Shown here: positions 1 to 14,029 of the stretch, piece after piece | Layout: every line of letters starts with the position of its first letter | Position numbering within the stretch: position 1 is the stretch's first letter | Assembly: GCF_006345805.1 (NCBI RefSeq) | Contig: NC_043013.1 | Location: forward strand, 19,654,001 to 19,718,000 | Direction: 5' to 3' | Source of the DNA: Octopus sinensis | Taxonomy: Eukaryota | Length of the DNA stretch: 64,000 nt | Position numbers and translations under genes: made by a program | Notes under the pieces: model-generated | What the model was told of the DNA's origin: nothing | Databases searched by the model: none | Seen by the model: the letters and a program-made list of their open reading frames with translations, nothing else

Positions 1-2289
1 TACGTCGTCTTCGACGTGAGGGTCAGTATTACACACATACACACACACAAACACACACATACTCACACACATATATATATGCAGAGTATTTTTTAACCAC
101 CTGCCCTTAATACGTGCTTCTGATTGCTTTTCTCTCAGCTTATATACAATCATGCACACACACATACATACACACATTCATACATACATACATACATACA
201 TACCTACATACATACATACATACATATATACATACATACATGCATACATACATACATACATACATGCATACATAGCTCAAAAATCGCAGCTTCTATTTCA
301 ATCATCTTCCGAGTGTACGCTGATATTGCAGAGAATTAAAAAAATAACCAGGAAAAAAATTACTTATTTTAATCTGAAAAGAATCTGTAGAGATTCATAT
401 GATTCTAAAGATTAATTATGGACCATAAACAGCGATAAACGAAAAATAAAATAAAGAGTTGTGCTTGAGTGAAGAATAGATAGGCTACTGTAAGCGTTTA
501 GATGATAATCTCTAGTCATGGATCCCAAAAGCATTAACCATGGGCAAGTGTGGCACCATTAAAAAACAGGCACCATAAACATGCCTTTACTAAATGGCAA
601 AAGATTTTGCAGGTACTAGAACGAATAAACAAAGGGATTATGAAAATCGATGTATCACTATTAGAAGAGTAATATTCCAGAGAGATCGTCACATCTCTCT
701 CTCTCTCCCGCTCACTACGTAGCTGCCTGGTGTTATGTATTTTCATCCACAGCCATGATAAACCATGCTAAATCACTGTGAAACGCGATGGGTGGATGAT
801 TAAGTTACCATATGAATATGGGTTACCTCAAGCTATACACCACGGTTCAAAAATAACTAGAAACACTGCTACAGACAATCTATGATATCACTACAGTAAT
901 TTATGCGAAATTTGTTTTACGAGGTAAGTGAAGACTGGGTTGAGTAGAATAAGAAAACATTTGTGTCATGTTAGATAATAAAATATAAATAGGCGTTAAA
1001 AGAGTTAGAGCAAATACATTTATTAATAAAAATTTATATATCGTAAAATAGAAAACTATATGGCAACAGGCAGATATTGTCTATCAGTTTCGGAAATAAT
1101 TCATAATATTCTTAAATGGGTTTAATGTAAATAAATATGAATAAACAAGTAAATAAGTCAAATAAAGACAGAAATTATAATACCCAACACTATATCGAAC
1201 GTCAGAAGATATTTATTATGAATGCTTGGTGTTAACAGTTTTCAGTAACGAGAAAAATGTAATAAATATCCACTAGAAAATAGCAAAAATATCTAATAAA
1301 GAATAATAAATGGCTACGAAACATTAATACAATGACAACATCAACAACGAACTTTTTACCTTGCAAGAAGGCAACAAATACAAAAACAGTGGCGAACGTA
1401 ATGGATTGCTAGACTAGGAAGTGTTGAACAGAAATTATTTTAAAGAAAACCATAAAAATTGAACTACACGATGTTGGGAAAAAGAAACTCGCTATGGAGG
1501 AAAGCTGCTGAAATCTTTAGAGGAAAATCTCTCGTCAAGCATTTGCTTCGGCTTATTATTTCTTGACAGTCTGAGGGAGCGCGGCATCCCCAAGGCATTC
1601 TCTTGCAGCTTTTGATATGCCACATTTAATGGAATTTGAACTCCGAACTGTAGTGTATATCAATCGGTCACGAAGACCATTTCAAGACCTAGCCCTACTA
1701 TGGATCTTTTTCAAACCACGTTTCCCTCCTACTATGTTTAGTGGCTTGCAGTATTCCTTTTCAGCTCCAGATAACGTCTTTCTTTTCCTCTAGGTGCATT
1801 CATCTTTTATCATGTGTCTCTGACGCTTTTTACGTGTCTCTAACGCTTTTCCTCCAAGTTGACATAGTGCTTGGCATATGGGGTTGAAATTGCAAGAAAA
1901 TCCTTAGTTCGATCCACAGTTGATAAAACTATACATAGGGGTGGGTGAGAATCCGATGAAAAATACGGTAGCATTGGCTGAAATGTGCAATATTTAGAGC
2001 TGCGACCAGAGGATTCTTCTCGAAACGAAATATGCCTTCAAATCAGTAACTATAAAAAGCACAAAATAGTTTTTCCCAGTTTCTGTTTTGGGAACAAAAC
2101 ACATAACCTATGTATTATATGAATGTTAAGAAGAAATAATTAACAACACTTTTGATTGTTGCCCATATGTAACAGTACGTGTGGGTGAGTCGGGAGGCGT
2201 GTGTGTGTGTTTGTGTGTATCCGCGCATAGAATTTATACCCGCATTGATTGACGATTACGACCAACAAATTCAAATTTCCATGGGACTA

Positions 2290-2940
2290 GTTTATAGGCA
2301 CCTTGCACAAATTTGGGTCTTCATTCATTCATTGTTCGACCATGGTCGAGACAATGGAATTTACTATGTTACGCCAGACCTCACGGTCCATCATAGCATT
2401 ACGGAGGTCCTGTTGCTGGATGCCTGTATCCCTGGAGATTACGTCAGAGTAGGAGAGTGTGCGCCCTCTGGTATTGCGAGTAGATGGCTTCCAGAGGAGA
2501 AGAGTAGAAATTACCTCGTTTTCAGCTCTACAACAATGTCCAGCAAACTGGACTCTTCTACCTTCCACAAGAGATAATACAGGTGGTAGTTTCCCATATA
2601 TTTGTACTTTGGTTGGATGATGCTTCCATGAGATATTTTGAGCTCTCATAAGGAGGCGAGTGTAAGTTCTATCCAACCGCCTCTCAAGCTTTTTTCATAA
2701 CGTCCAGGTTTCTGAGCCATATAGTAGAACTGGTTCGACTGTGGCTTTGAAGATTTTAGATTTGATGTCCAGATCTTATGCATATCATTACAGGCTGACC
2801 AGGCCATACCCTTTCTAGTTAGAAAATATTTTTTAGATGATGACATGTATGACCCAAGATATTTGTAATCAGAAACCATATTTAAGAGCGTATTGTTGAG
2901 AGTATGGGTCTTGTTCAGTACAGAATTGATAAACCTGTAT
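2290..2940 (-). mobile_element. RTE-clade LINE, 3' fragment (RT C-terminus), pseudogenised
   Basis: Minus-strand translation across one frameshift and a stop: DYKYLGSYM..RKGMAWSACNDMHKIWTSNL/KIFKATVEPVLLYGSETWTL*..LDRTYTRLLMRAQNISWKHHPT..RRVQFAGHCCR..LLLWKP..DLRNAMMDREVWR. YLGS, LLYGSETW and the FAGH/W..DR..W tail are typical of RTE-type ORFs. Confidence 0.85.
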
Positions 2941-3235
2941 CATTTATACTGATTTACAATTGCATTTATTTCATTCCCATTATTTAACTAAATTTAATAT
3001 TTGTTTAGTTGAGAGTGTGTTCAGTAAGGAAAATAAATCAGTATTCCAGAGAAGAATTTGGAAGTAAGTTTCCGAAAAAGCGATGTTGTATCTGTATGAA
3101 CAACTGGCAGAGTTGTAATCAGGATGTAGGGAATGCAAATAGAAACGCATCCCGATGATATATATACAGTGAGAATGATTTAGAAAATGGAGAAAACAGA
3201 GATAAATACATAGCTAAAGTCACAAGGACTTCACA

Positions 3236-3246
3236 TATATGTATGC

Positions 3247-3305
<59 letters not shown>

Positions 3306-3306
3306 T

Positions 3307-3342
<36 letters not shown>

Positions 3343-3377
3343 GATATATATATATATAATATATATATATATATATA

Positions 3378-3413
<36 letters not shown>

Positions 3414-3480
3414 GTATATATATATATATATTATATATATATATATATATAGATATATATATATGGATGTAAGTATATAT
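3236..3480. repeat. (TA)n microsatellite
   Basis: Direct; interrupted TA run. Confidence 0.95.
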
Positions 3481-3639
3481 GTATATACAGCATAGAGAAT
3501 ATAGGCCTACTAGGTGCTGCACGTATAGATATTATGTAGAGGACTTAAAATGAGAGAGGAATCACAAAATGAAGCGAAGTAGCACGCATACCCAAGGCAC
3601 AGAAATATGTACTCTGTTGTACAGTGGAAACACGCAAAA

Positions 3640-3770
3640 GAAAACTACAACAATAACAGCAACAGCAGCAGCAGCAGAAAGAGCAACAATAACAACAACG
3701 AAAAAAGCAACAATAACAAGAGCAACAACAACAACAACAACAACAGCAACAGCAATAATAATAATGAACA
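3640..3770. repeat. (CAA/CAG/AAT)n trinucleotide repeat
   Basis: Direct. Confidence 0.9.
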
Positions 3771-4209
3771 AAATGGAAGTGCGAATAGAAAACGAATAAT
3801 TGTGCGAAAATCGTATTTCTGATTAAATGCAGGAGCTGTGAAATGAAGAAAGAATAAATGAAACGTAAAAATAAAAGAGTATGAGTGATTCAGTATCAGC
3901 GAGCTGTTAGCTAGTATTATATTATTCTAAGTAATCCTCAACTCCAAACTGACAGTTTTATCTCGGAATTCTTACTAATGTCCAATAACGCTCTAGAAAG
4001 GCTTCTTGCTGTGCGATTTGTCTTCGGATTTATATTGGTTGTGGCAAGGAAGCAGCATTATAAACATAGCTCAGTGTATGAAAGAGGTAAGCAGCATGAA
4101 ATAATTCTTATGCAGAGTTCTATGTAAACACTTACAATGACAGAAACTGGATTCCACTAAAAAGAATATGCGCTTTGGGAATTTAAATTGCATAAAATAA
4201 ATATATAAG

Positions 4210-4576
4210 ATGTTTATGCATATGGGTGTGTGTGTGTGTGTGCGCATCTCTCTCTCTCTCCCGCTCTCTTTCTTTCTCTCTCTCTCTCTTTCTTTCTTTC
4301 TCACTCTCTCTCCCTAGTTATCTCACTCACACCACACACATACAGGTTTATATATTCATACATATAGGTAGACAGATAGAAAGATAGATGGATGGATGGA
4401 TATATATACATGTGTCTGTGTGCGTGCGTGAGCGTGTGTGTGTGTATGCACGCATGAAGGACGGCTGCATGTGTGCGCGTGTGTGCGTTTGTGTGTGTGT
4501 ATACATGCGTGTGTCTGTGTGTGTACATGAGGAATGCTATATATCTAGTTATTTTGTCACATACACGAACATAGAC

Positions 4577-4635
<59 letters not shown>

Positions 4636-4696
4636 GAATACATGCATATGTGTATTTGATATATTATACATACATATATATATATACATACAAATG

Positions 4697-4740
<44 letters not shown>

Positions 4741-4869
4741 AGCGTGTGTGTGTATGTATATATATATACATATATAGCTACATATAGATACAGATACACA
4801 CACACACACACATATATATATGTATAGATAGATATTTAGATAGACAGATAGATAGATAGATACATAGAC

Positions 4870-4905
<36 letters not shown>

Positions 4906-5218
4906 GTATTCGTACGTATAAGAAATGCTACACGCTTCTTGCAGAACTCGGTTTTTGTTAGCACCGAAAGAGTCCTTCAGTTTGCTGTTTCACAATATAT
5001 AGCGGTTAATAATCTTAGTTGAACTCTGTAAATATTCCTGACATCAAGGAATGGTCCATTAACAAACAAGTTCGTCGAACCTCCTTAGAGATTCATGGAT
5101 GTGTATGTGTATGTGTGTGTGTATATATATATATATTCATACATACATATGTATATATATATATATATAAACTTGCATACATATGTGTATATATATGTAT
5201 ATATATATATATATATAT

Positions 5219-5278
<60 letters not shown>

Positions 5279-5400
5279 GACACGTATCCGTAGATTAATA
5301 CATACATATATATATACACACTCACACATACACACACTGACATACATTATGTGTGTGTGTGTTTATGTGTGTGTGTATATGTGTGTGTATGTGTCCGTGC
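4210..5400. repeat. Compound microsatellite block (GT, CT, TA, GATA)
   Basis: Direct; source of many spurious ORFs in the track. Confidence 0.9.
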
Positions 5401-5859
5401 GTGTGCGTGTGCATAGGAACGTATGCATGTACGCATGAATCCGCGATTTGTGATGAAGAATCTAGGAGTGTATTGTAAGAAAAATATTTCTCATCGATAA
5501 AATCTCTGCAAATGTGTTTTTAAAATCAAGTAAAAGGAACTACAATAAATATTAATAGATTTGATTAAATTATTGATTTGTTATAGATCGATATCAGAGA
5601 CGTAGTGTGTTAGTGATTTATTTCGGTATAGTTTTTATTCACTTTTTTGTTTGGTAATATTGTAGAATGATAGATTGTTTTTGTTTTTATTGTCATTTAG
5701 TCCCAGGGCGCCTTCTATTGAGCAAAGCTTCGATCGAAATACGATCTATTCATGGCCACTCTATCTCTTTAACTGTCCGAGAAAAGATATATTACTTAAA
5801 TTTCCTCAATTGTGTCTCGGATGTGGCTGTTGGTAGTACGAGTTATTTCGAGAAAAGCG

Positions 5860-6070
5860 TTATTGGATCTTTTCACTTTGACCGGCAGATTTTAATAAAT
5901 AATGTTTTGTAACTAAACACTTTAAAACTTCGTATACTGGTAGAATGTATCACAGAAAATATCTTTTTCTCTTGGCGTTCTTGAGAAAATTCTGTAGTTT
6001 GTAAGCTATTTGTTAAATTTCTCGTATTTCGGCAATTTCAACCAATTAATGTGTAAAGATCTGCGTTATT
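5860..6070 (+). repeat. Unclassified interspersed repeat, copy 1
   Basis: GGATCTTTTCA(C/A)TTTGACCGGCAGATTTTAA..GTAACTAAACACTTTAAAACT..TACTGGTAGAATGT..AATTTCAACCAAT is shared with 52478-52650. Confidence 0.75.
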
Positions 6071-6244
6071 TATGTGGGCATGTTTGCTTTGCTAATAAAT
6101 GGGAGAGAAAATCTCAGGATTTTAAAGTAAAACTTGCGCCGCTTGAATCGTCGACAATTAATTCAGCTGAAATTCTGAAAGAGAAAAACATTCACTAATA
6201 TGTATTCATTATTACGTGGAACAGAATTTACTTGTGTTTATATC

Positions 6245-6463
6245 AATCGAAGGAGAGGGGCTTTCTCCGTCCGGGTTGCGGATCCGTGGAATAAGCTGCC
6301 AGACGAGATGGTGAAGATGCCGACGACCGCTCGGTTCAAAGTCTCCCTTGACCTCAAGTGGCCTGAACTCTTTACATGAACACCACCCTGTACATAACTC
6401 CCTGTCCCCCTACATGGCCTTGATTTTTGCTTTTTGAGCCAAAAAATTAACTAACTAACTAAC
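6245..6463 (+). mobile_element. CR1-clade LINE, 5'-truncated 3' end with (TAAC)n tail
   Basis: 6245-6379 reads NRRRGAFSVRVADPWNKLPDEMVKMPTTARFKVSLDLKWPELFT* (FS.RV..WN.LP..FK..LD motif of CR1 ORF2 ends). A short 3'UTR follows, then TAACTAACTAACTAAC. Confidence 0.85.
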
Positions 6464-8905
6464 ATATGTAATATTGGTTCTTGTGTAGTTGAGGAAATAG
6501 TTTATGGTATGGATATCTAATGTCGATGCTTCGTTGAAATGCCTCAAATTCTAGGTATTTCTTAAGTTTGTCACAAAGTATACGTATATGCTATGCATGC
6601 ACATTGATCAGATTAAGAATTGCAATGGCATTCTATAATATCCTGGTGAATTGAAGTGTAGTCATCCTGGCGTAAGAGGTAACTTCCAATTCGATTTATG
6701 AAACTCGACGTTTTGGATACATCTGGTGAATATATTAATTCTGCAATGTCAATAGTTGTAGTAGTTCGGCTTTAGCAGCCTGTCTTTTTGCATGTATCTC
6801 TTTTCTGATGTAATGAAGCTGTATCTCGTTGATCCTCTAACGCTGGATTTCATGTTTCGAAAACCTACCTTTGCATGTTGTTAATGAAGCTGCTGTCCCT
6901 AAATGTCAAGATGTAGCTTTAAAAAGTCGCGTTACATTTGCCTCTGTGTTAATGATGAAACATCATTACAAAATCTTTTTTCTCAAATCTCTCTTATACA
7001 TAACAATATAAAAGCTTTCTTTTTGATCGTTTTATATTGCCTGTTTGAGGTGACTTCAGCATGGATACTATTGATTTGACATTGCAGACCTGATCTGGTG
7101 GGCGCGAATCTACATTTCCTAATACGCTTTCTGGTATATAACGATTAAAACCTGAATTGCTGACGATCAAAGTGGTGTAACTTACGTATTAAAATATTAA
7201 ACATCCACACCTTCCACGCGAAACACATTTTCACACTCGGGTAAAACTTTTTTCCTTAAAAAATTGATCTGCTGGTACGCATTCTGAGGAGGGAGAGAGA
7301 GAGAGAAAGAGGGAGAGAGAGAGAGAGAGAGAGAGAAAGAGTGAGAGAGAGAGAGCGAGAGAGAGTGAGAGAGAGACAGAGAGATAGAAAGACAGAGAGA
7401 CAGAGAGAGTCTGTGTGTATGTATGTATGTAACCATCTATCCATATAAATATACATATATAAGCGCGCACGTACGTATATATATATATATATATATATGC
7501 ATGTGTATATATATTGTATTTATAATAATATAATTGTGCATGAGTGTGAGTGTGTGTGGTGGGGGGTAGGCTTCCTGGTGTAGATACTTTACAACTCACT
7601 GGCACATGATAAACCATTTCAGATGCAATCAAGATAAACTTTTCCATTAGTTATTCGTCAGGAATGAATTCAATTCCCAGAATATAGTCTATAGAACATT
7701 GTTCTAACCAATTTTACATGTTAAAAGGTTCGCTAATCAAAGCCGGCCGATTGTAAAGCTGAAATTTATTCAACTGATCAGATACTTATAGAATTTTGGA
7801 ATTAGTTTTAGCTTTTGGCAACTGGCGAAATGCAAATGGATATTGGAGTTAAATGCGAAGTAACGGTAAAGTATGGTAAAGCAGGAAGCGGCATCCAAAC
7901 AAAGGAAGGCTGGGGTGGTGGAGATAAATACCTTGGGACGCGCTCTGCATAAAAAGAACACAATATATATTTGTGGATGCAAAGTTTGTTAATGGCGTCA
8001 ATGAAATTTGATTAAATAAAATGTTCTTTCGTCGAATATAATATTTACTTGAATCGTCATTTCAAATCCAGAGAGACATAAGAAACAAACTACGATTTTA
8101 TTTAATTAAAGTTACTTTAAACTAGAATGAGACTAATGCAGTTAGGATTAAGTCTAATCTTGGAAGTACCGGTAGACAATGCGTCAAATGTTTCTGGTTT
8201 ATTACCCTTCTTCAGAGCTGTATCACCTATTCTCTTACTTCAAAGAAAAGATTCTATTGTTAAGCAGAATCAGATTTTATACACTGTCAACGATACCTAA
8301 ATCGTAAATTTCTAAGAATGAAAATATTAATTAACCTCAAAATTATTACTTAATTCTTTACTAGAGTTAGAGACTTAATGGTTCCAGAAATTAAGAATTG
8401 CCTCCTATTAGAAGTTCTTGATTTTGCATAAATAAAGATATTTTTCTTGATTACATAGTGTTTTATTCAATATATTTACATATAATTAAATCATTTAAAG
8501 GTCAGATTACAATGGTATTAGTTTAATATTTGTAATTAATTCTACAAAATAATTGTAATTACTGTTTCTCCTCTATTTAATAAAATTGTTTTTAATGAAA
8601 TGTTATTAGATTACAGTTGATTTATTGCGGTCTGCTCTATCACTGGACTACGCGAACTAATGTCAGTCAATGGCGGGAAGAAGGCTTTAAGCGATCGCTC
8701 GACTTAAGAGAAATAGTAGCCACTCATGTCCCTCATCCATTCCAAAACATTACCATCATACATATATATATATATATGCATATATGTACACATGAATACG
8801 CGCGCACACACAGACGTACACACACGCGACCTCATCTTCATACATAGGCACATTCCCACTCCCCCTATACACACACAACACACACACATATATACATATA
8901 TATAT

Positions 8906-9002
<97 letters not shown>

Positions 9003-9006
9003 ATAT

Positions 9007-9060
<54 letters not shown>

Positions 9061-9062
<2 letters not shown>

Positions 9063-9336
9063 TATGTTGGCACAGGACATCACGAAACGTGTACAACGAA
9101 AAATATGATGTACGAGTACACGGAATATGAACTATTTTTTTCGAACAACGAAAGACCCAAATGGAAAACAAACGCAGGATCAACTGTTTTATCGAAAGCG
9201 TATCTCGTTTTTTGCGTTGTTTGTCTTGTTTTCCGGTTTGTGTCTTTCGTTGTTCGAAAAAATAGTCCATATTCCATATACTCGTACTTTGTATTTTTTG
9301 TTGTACACGTTTCGTGACGTCCTGTGCCTACATATG
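9061..9336. mobile_element. Fold-back / MITE-like element, ~110-bp inverted arms and 56-bp spacer, abutting (TA)n
   Basis: 9061-9170 is the reverse complement of 9227-9336 at roughly 88% identity by hand alignment. Confidence 0.75.
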
Positions 9337-9404
9337 CATATATATTATTATATCATTGAACTCCACGCATCCACTTCCAAGAACCTCTTCCAAACTCATC
9401 CTTC

Positions 9405-9535
9405 TACGAAAACCACTCACAAGGCTTTAGTGAATCCGAGTCTAGAGTAGAGGACACTTGCCCAAGATGTCACTTAGTGGGACTGAACCCGGAACAACGT
9501 GGTTGGGAAGCAGGTTTCTTATCACACAGCCACTT
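9405..9535 (-). mobile_element. SINE-A 5' (tRNA-like) half, degenerate
   Basis: Reverse complement of GTGGCTGTGTG..GGTTCCGGGTTCAGTCCCAC..CTTGGGCAAGTGTC..AAGCCTTGTGAGTGG. Confidence 0.8.
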
Positions 9536-9563
9536 CGATATGTTCATGAATGTACGCATTTAG

Positions 9564-9616
<53 letters not shown>

Positions 9617-9626
9617 TATATGTCTA

Positions 9627-9660
<34 letters not shown>

Positions 9661-10648
9661 CATACATGCATACATGCATGCATGCATGTGTGTGTGTAAC
9701 TGCCGTCTTCCGGCATGGTCGTTGCACATTGTCCGCATGCAGCAAAAGTGTAAATGAGTAAGGTATATCATATTGGCGTTTTATCTCCTAAGACCGAGAA
9801 ATGGATTCACAATCTCTCGGTCAAGTTAAGTAATTCACGTTTTACAATGATATGCAACAGTTAAATCTGTGCCTTTCTAATTGTTTCCTTCTTCAGATTA
9901 GAAACTGAAGAATTCACTTGTCAAATCTGTTAGAGATAAATACATTGTTTAGTTTATGTTATTCACCAAGATATTCTCGACGAATTATTGCAGCGTGTAA
10001 AGTAAGAAGCGTGGGTGTCACGTGGTCGCTTATCATCTAAAGAAGACAGTTAACAGATTTGACTGTTATTTTGATTTGTTTTTACCACTCCCAAACTGAT
10101 ATATTTGTTATTTGATAGAGAGACGTATACATATGTATTTGTACGCCTATGTAGGAATATGTTCATGTGTATGTGTGTTTGCGTGCGCGTGCGTGTGTAT
10201 GTGTGCTGTGATTACATGGAAGCAGTGCTTTTATTTTGCGCAGTAGGTGTATATGCGGATGTAATTTGTGTGTGTGAGTGTGTATTGGTGTGAGAGCTTT
10301 TCTGTGTGTTTCTGCTGAAATAGAATGTGGTGAGAATTTATATGAATGCACCATAAGTGTATGATAATATAAAATCTAAGATATGAGTGCACGTGGTGTG
10401 CTCATGGTTGCGGTGATAACAGGTTATATAAAAGAATAAAATATAAATTTTACAGAGATATAAAATGCACGCGCGCACATAGCAATGCTGAAACGCGCCA
10501 CGCAGCGTAAAGACGGACGAAACACCGCCATGTGATTTTGAAGCAAAGATGATCAACATGATTAAAAGGTTTAGTTTTCAGCAGTTCTCCTACCATTTTC
10601 TGTATATTAAATTCTGATAACCATTTAAAGTATATATTCTTGCACATA

Positions 10649-10810
10649 GGCGCAGGAGTGGCTGTGTTGTAAGTAGCTTGCTAACCAACCTCATAGTTCC
10701 GGGTTCAGTCCCACTGCGTGGCATCTTGGGCAAGTGTCTTCTGCTATAGCCCCGGGCCGACCAATGCCTTGTGAGTGGATTTGGTAGACAGAAACTGAAA
10801 GAAGCCTGTC

Positions 10811-10862
<52 letters not shown>

Positions 10863-11085
10863 TTGTGTGTTTGTGTGTCTGTGTTTGTCCCCCTAGCATT
10901 GTTTGACAACCGATGCTGGTGTGTTTACGTCCCCGTCACTTAGCGGTTCGGCAAAACAGACCGATAGAATAAGTACTGGGCTTACAAAGAATAAGTCCCG
11001 GGGTCGATTTGCTCGACTAAAGGCGGTGCTCCAGCATGGCCGCAGTCAAATGACTGAAACAAGTAAAAGAGTAAATGAGTAAAAG
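10649..11085 (+). mobile_element. SINE-A, full length (octopus tRNA-derived SINE with internal TA/GT microsatellite)
   Basis: Pol III A/B-box-like head GGCGCAGGAGTGGCTGTG..GGTTCAGTCCC, central CTTGGGCAAGTG domain, internal (TA)n, tail ..GCGGTGCTCCAGCATGGCCGCAGTC..GAAACAAGTAAAAGA. Several paralogs occur in the window. Confidence 0.9.
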
Positions 11086-11640
11086 TGAGAGAGTATAGAA
11101 TAAAAGAAGAAATGCAAAAAATATGCACCAATACACTCATATCTAAAAAATATCACAAACTAAGACGTAACGCACACACACACGAAATAAATATCGATCC
11201 GAAGAAAAGTGCAATACCGAAAAATACCAAATACCGAAAAACCACGTCGATCAATTCATGCGACGTCCTTACGTTACTATTTAGGACCTCATATCTATTT
11301 TCTTTTTATAATCGTAAATGAAAGCTGATTAACCTTTGGAGAATTGAGGTAGCCACCCTGCAGCTCGTTGTAGCCTCTATCCGCTAGCAGCCGGCACTAA
11401 ATCGATAGCCACAAATTCCACCATGTGACTGAAGCAGCCAATGAGAAAAATAGTTGCTCATCACCCATTGACAGCCAATGTTACCTTAAACTGGATATAT
11501 CAGTCAAACTGTCACTGCAAGTATATATGTGTGTGCGTGTGTGTGTGTGTGTGGGTGTGCGTGTGCGTGCGTGTATGTCTGTGTATCTGTGTGTCGCTAT
11601 GTGTGTATATACATACATACATATATATATATATACATAT

Positions 11641-11787
<147 letters not shown>

Positions 11788-11790
11788 ATA

Positions 11791-11853
<63 letters not shown>

Positions 11854-11860
11854 GAGTGAA

Positions 11861-12385
11861 GGCGCATGGCTCAGTGATTAGAGCGCCGAGCTTACGGTCG
11901 TGAGGTTGTGAGGTTCGAATCTGGGACCGGGCTGCGTGTTGTGTTCTTGAGCAAGAAACTTTATTTCACGTTGCTCCAGTTTACTCAGCTGTAGAAATGA
12001 GTTGCGACGTCACAAGTACCAAGCTGTATCGACACCTTTCCCTTGGATAACACTGGTGGCATGGAAAGGGGAGACCGGTATGCATGGGCGAGCTTAAGGC
12101 GGCGAGCTGGCAGAAACGTTAGCACGCCGAGCGAAATGCTTAGCGGTATTTCGTCTGCGTTACATTGTGAGTTCAAATTCCGCCGAGGTCGACTTTGCCT
12201 TTCATCCTTTCGGGGTCGATAAATTAAGTACCAGTTACGCACTGGGGTCGATGTAATCGACTTAATACCTATGCCTGTCCTTGTTTGTCCCCTCTGTGTT
12301 TAGCCCCTTGTGGGTAATAAAGAAATAGGTATGCATGGGCGACTGCTGGTTCCATAAACAACCTTTTCCGGACTTGTGCCTGGGG
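11861..12385 (+). mobile_element. SINE-C, interrupted by a SINE-B1 insertion
   Basis: A box TGGCTCAGTGA, B box GGTTCGAATC, core CTTGAGCAAG..TTTCACGTTGCTCCAG..CTCAGCTGTAGAAATG. The uninterrupted paralog is at 28441. Confidence 0.88.
12092..12327 (+). mobile_element. SINE-B1, full length, 15-bp TSD
   Basis: AAGGCGGCGAGCTGGCAGAA..GTTCAAATTCC..GGGGTCGAT..GTGGGTAATAAAGAAATA, flanked by GGTATGCATGGGCGA at 12077-12091 and 12328-12342. Confidence 0.92.
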
Positions 12386-13522
12386 TCTCAGCAGCATATA
12401 TATATATATATGTATATACATCTATACATTTATATACATCTATATATTTATATGCATATATATATATATGTGTGTGTGACTGGATGTCTTTTTGTGTGTG
12501 TGCGCACTCACGTGTGTATGTATAATGACAATTATGTTTGTGTCGGAGTTGTAATTGTCTACGAAGAGTTGGCATTAAAGCATCGAGCAAGAAATAGGCT
12601 AGCCATCATCGGAACTAAAATCGACACCGACTCCAACCATCCCACCAATACCAACACCAACACACTATCACCAACATCATCAACATAGTATCAACGCCCC
12701 TCCCCCTGCACCACCCCCACCACCACTACCGGCAACTTCAACTCCGCCGCCAACAGCAACACCAACAACACCAACACTACCACTAGTCTCACCAACATCA
12801 CCGCAACAACTAAACTGCATACACTCACTGGCACGTGTGTTTAAAACTTAACGATCACAAGCTGACCCGCATGCAGACTGTAAAAATTGCAGCATGAATT
12901 ATAAATGGAATCGATAGACCAAAAGTAAACGAAGATCAATAAAATATTAATTGATAAAACAGAAATGCACCATTTCTGGAATATTACCAACTTCTAGAGG
13001 AAAATTAAAATAATCTCATTTTAAATTTCAATCGAATTTCGTTTTAATTGTAAATTTCCTAACCCTATTGTAGGACGAGGCCAACATAATGAATTGTTAT
13101 TTCGCTCTCAAAATAAATCACGTATTTTATTCAAAAATATTCTTGCATTTATATGTTATCGCTGTTTATCCCTGGGTTACCAAGACTCGAGCGGGCCTAA
13201 GCTCTAATCTAAGGTATTTCAGCCGATACTACACATTTTAAGATGCATCGGACGACATTATCCAAATGTATTATTTCCTTACTTAGGACTGCAGGTTGAG
13301 CACTTAGATAATCTGGCTGCTATTTCCAGTACGTACAATATCGAAGAGGCTTCCTTATTGTCTTGTGGGGTGGAGTTGTTTAGCCCCAGGTTGACTGTGA
13401 TCGAAAAGGTATATGATCACAAGAACTCCAGCCAAGATAAGCCCATCTTTTTCCAGGGACATTTTACCAATGTTTCTCTCTTTTACGACAACTTGCAATT
13501 TCGACCACTATTTCTAGCTGAC

Positions 13523-13751
13523 AGTAAGCAGGCAGAATCATTAGCACGCCGGGCGAAATGCTTCGCGGTATTTCGTCTGCCGTTACGTTCTGGGTTCAAA
13601 TTCCGTAGAGGTCGACTTTGCCTTTCATCCTTTCGGAGTCGATTAAATAAGTACCAGTTATTTACTGGGGTCGATGTAATCGACTTAATCCGTTTGTCTC
13701 TCCTTATTTGTACCTTCTGTGTTTAGCCCCTTGTGGGTAGTAACGAAATAG
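13523..13751 (+). mobile_element. SINE-B1 with 13-15-bp TSD
   Basis: Same body as 12092. ATTTCTAGCTGAC is exact at 13510-13522 and 13754-13766. Confidence 0.9.
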
Positions 13752-14029
13752 CCATTTCTAGCTGACGAATGATCACATGATCACATTCGGACTCATTTCT
13801 GGTGAGGTAAGATGGTGTTATTGGTTATCAATATCTTTTCAGCCAAGACACCGGGGTCTAGCCTTCCAACCAGTATATCTTACACTAAAATATTCCTTGT
13901 GTCCATCTGCTTTTTATGACAGTAAGCTGTAAATTTAGTAGATTTTGCCTGCTATATTAATAGGTGTATCCATCGTATAGGGGACGAACAATGTAGTAAT
14001 TACTGTGGCCTAGAACGATCTCAATTGAT

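Noticed and set aside
1470-2050. Complex-looking stretch that might be a DNA transposon or exon
   Set aside because: No convincing motif, TIR pair or open frame found by eye; left unannotated.
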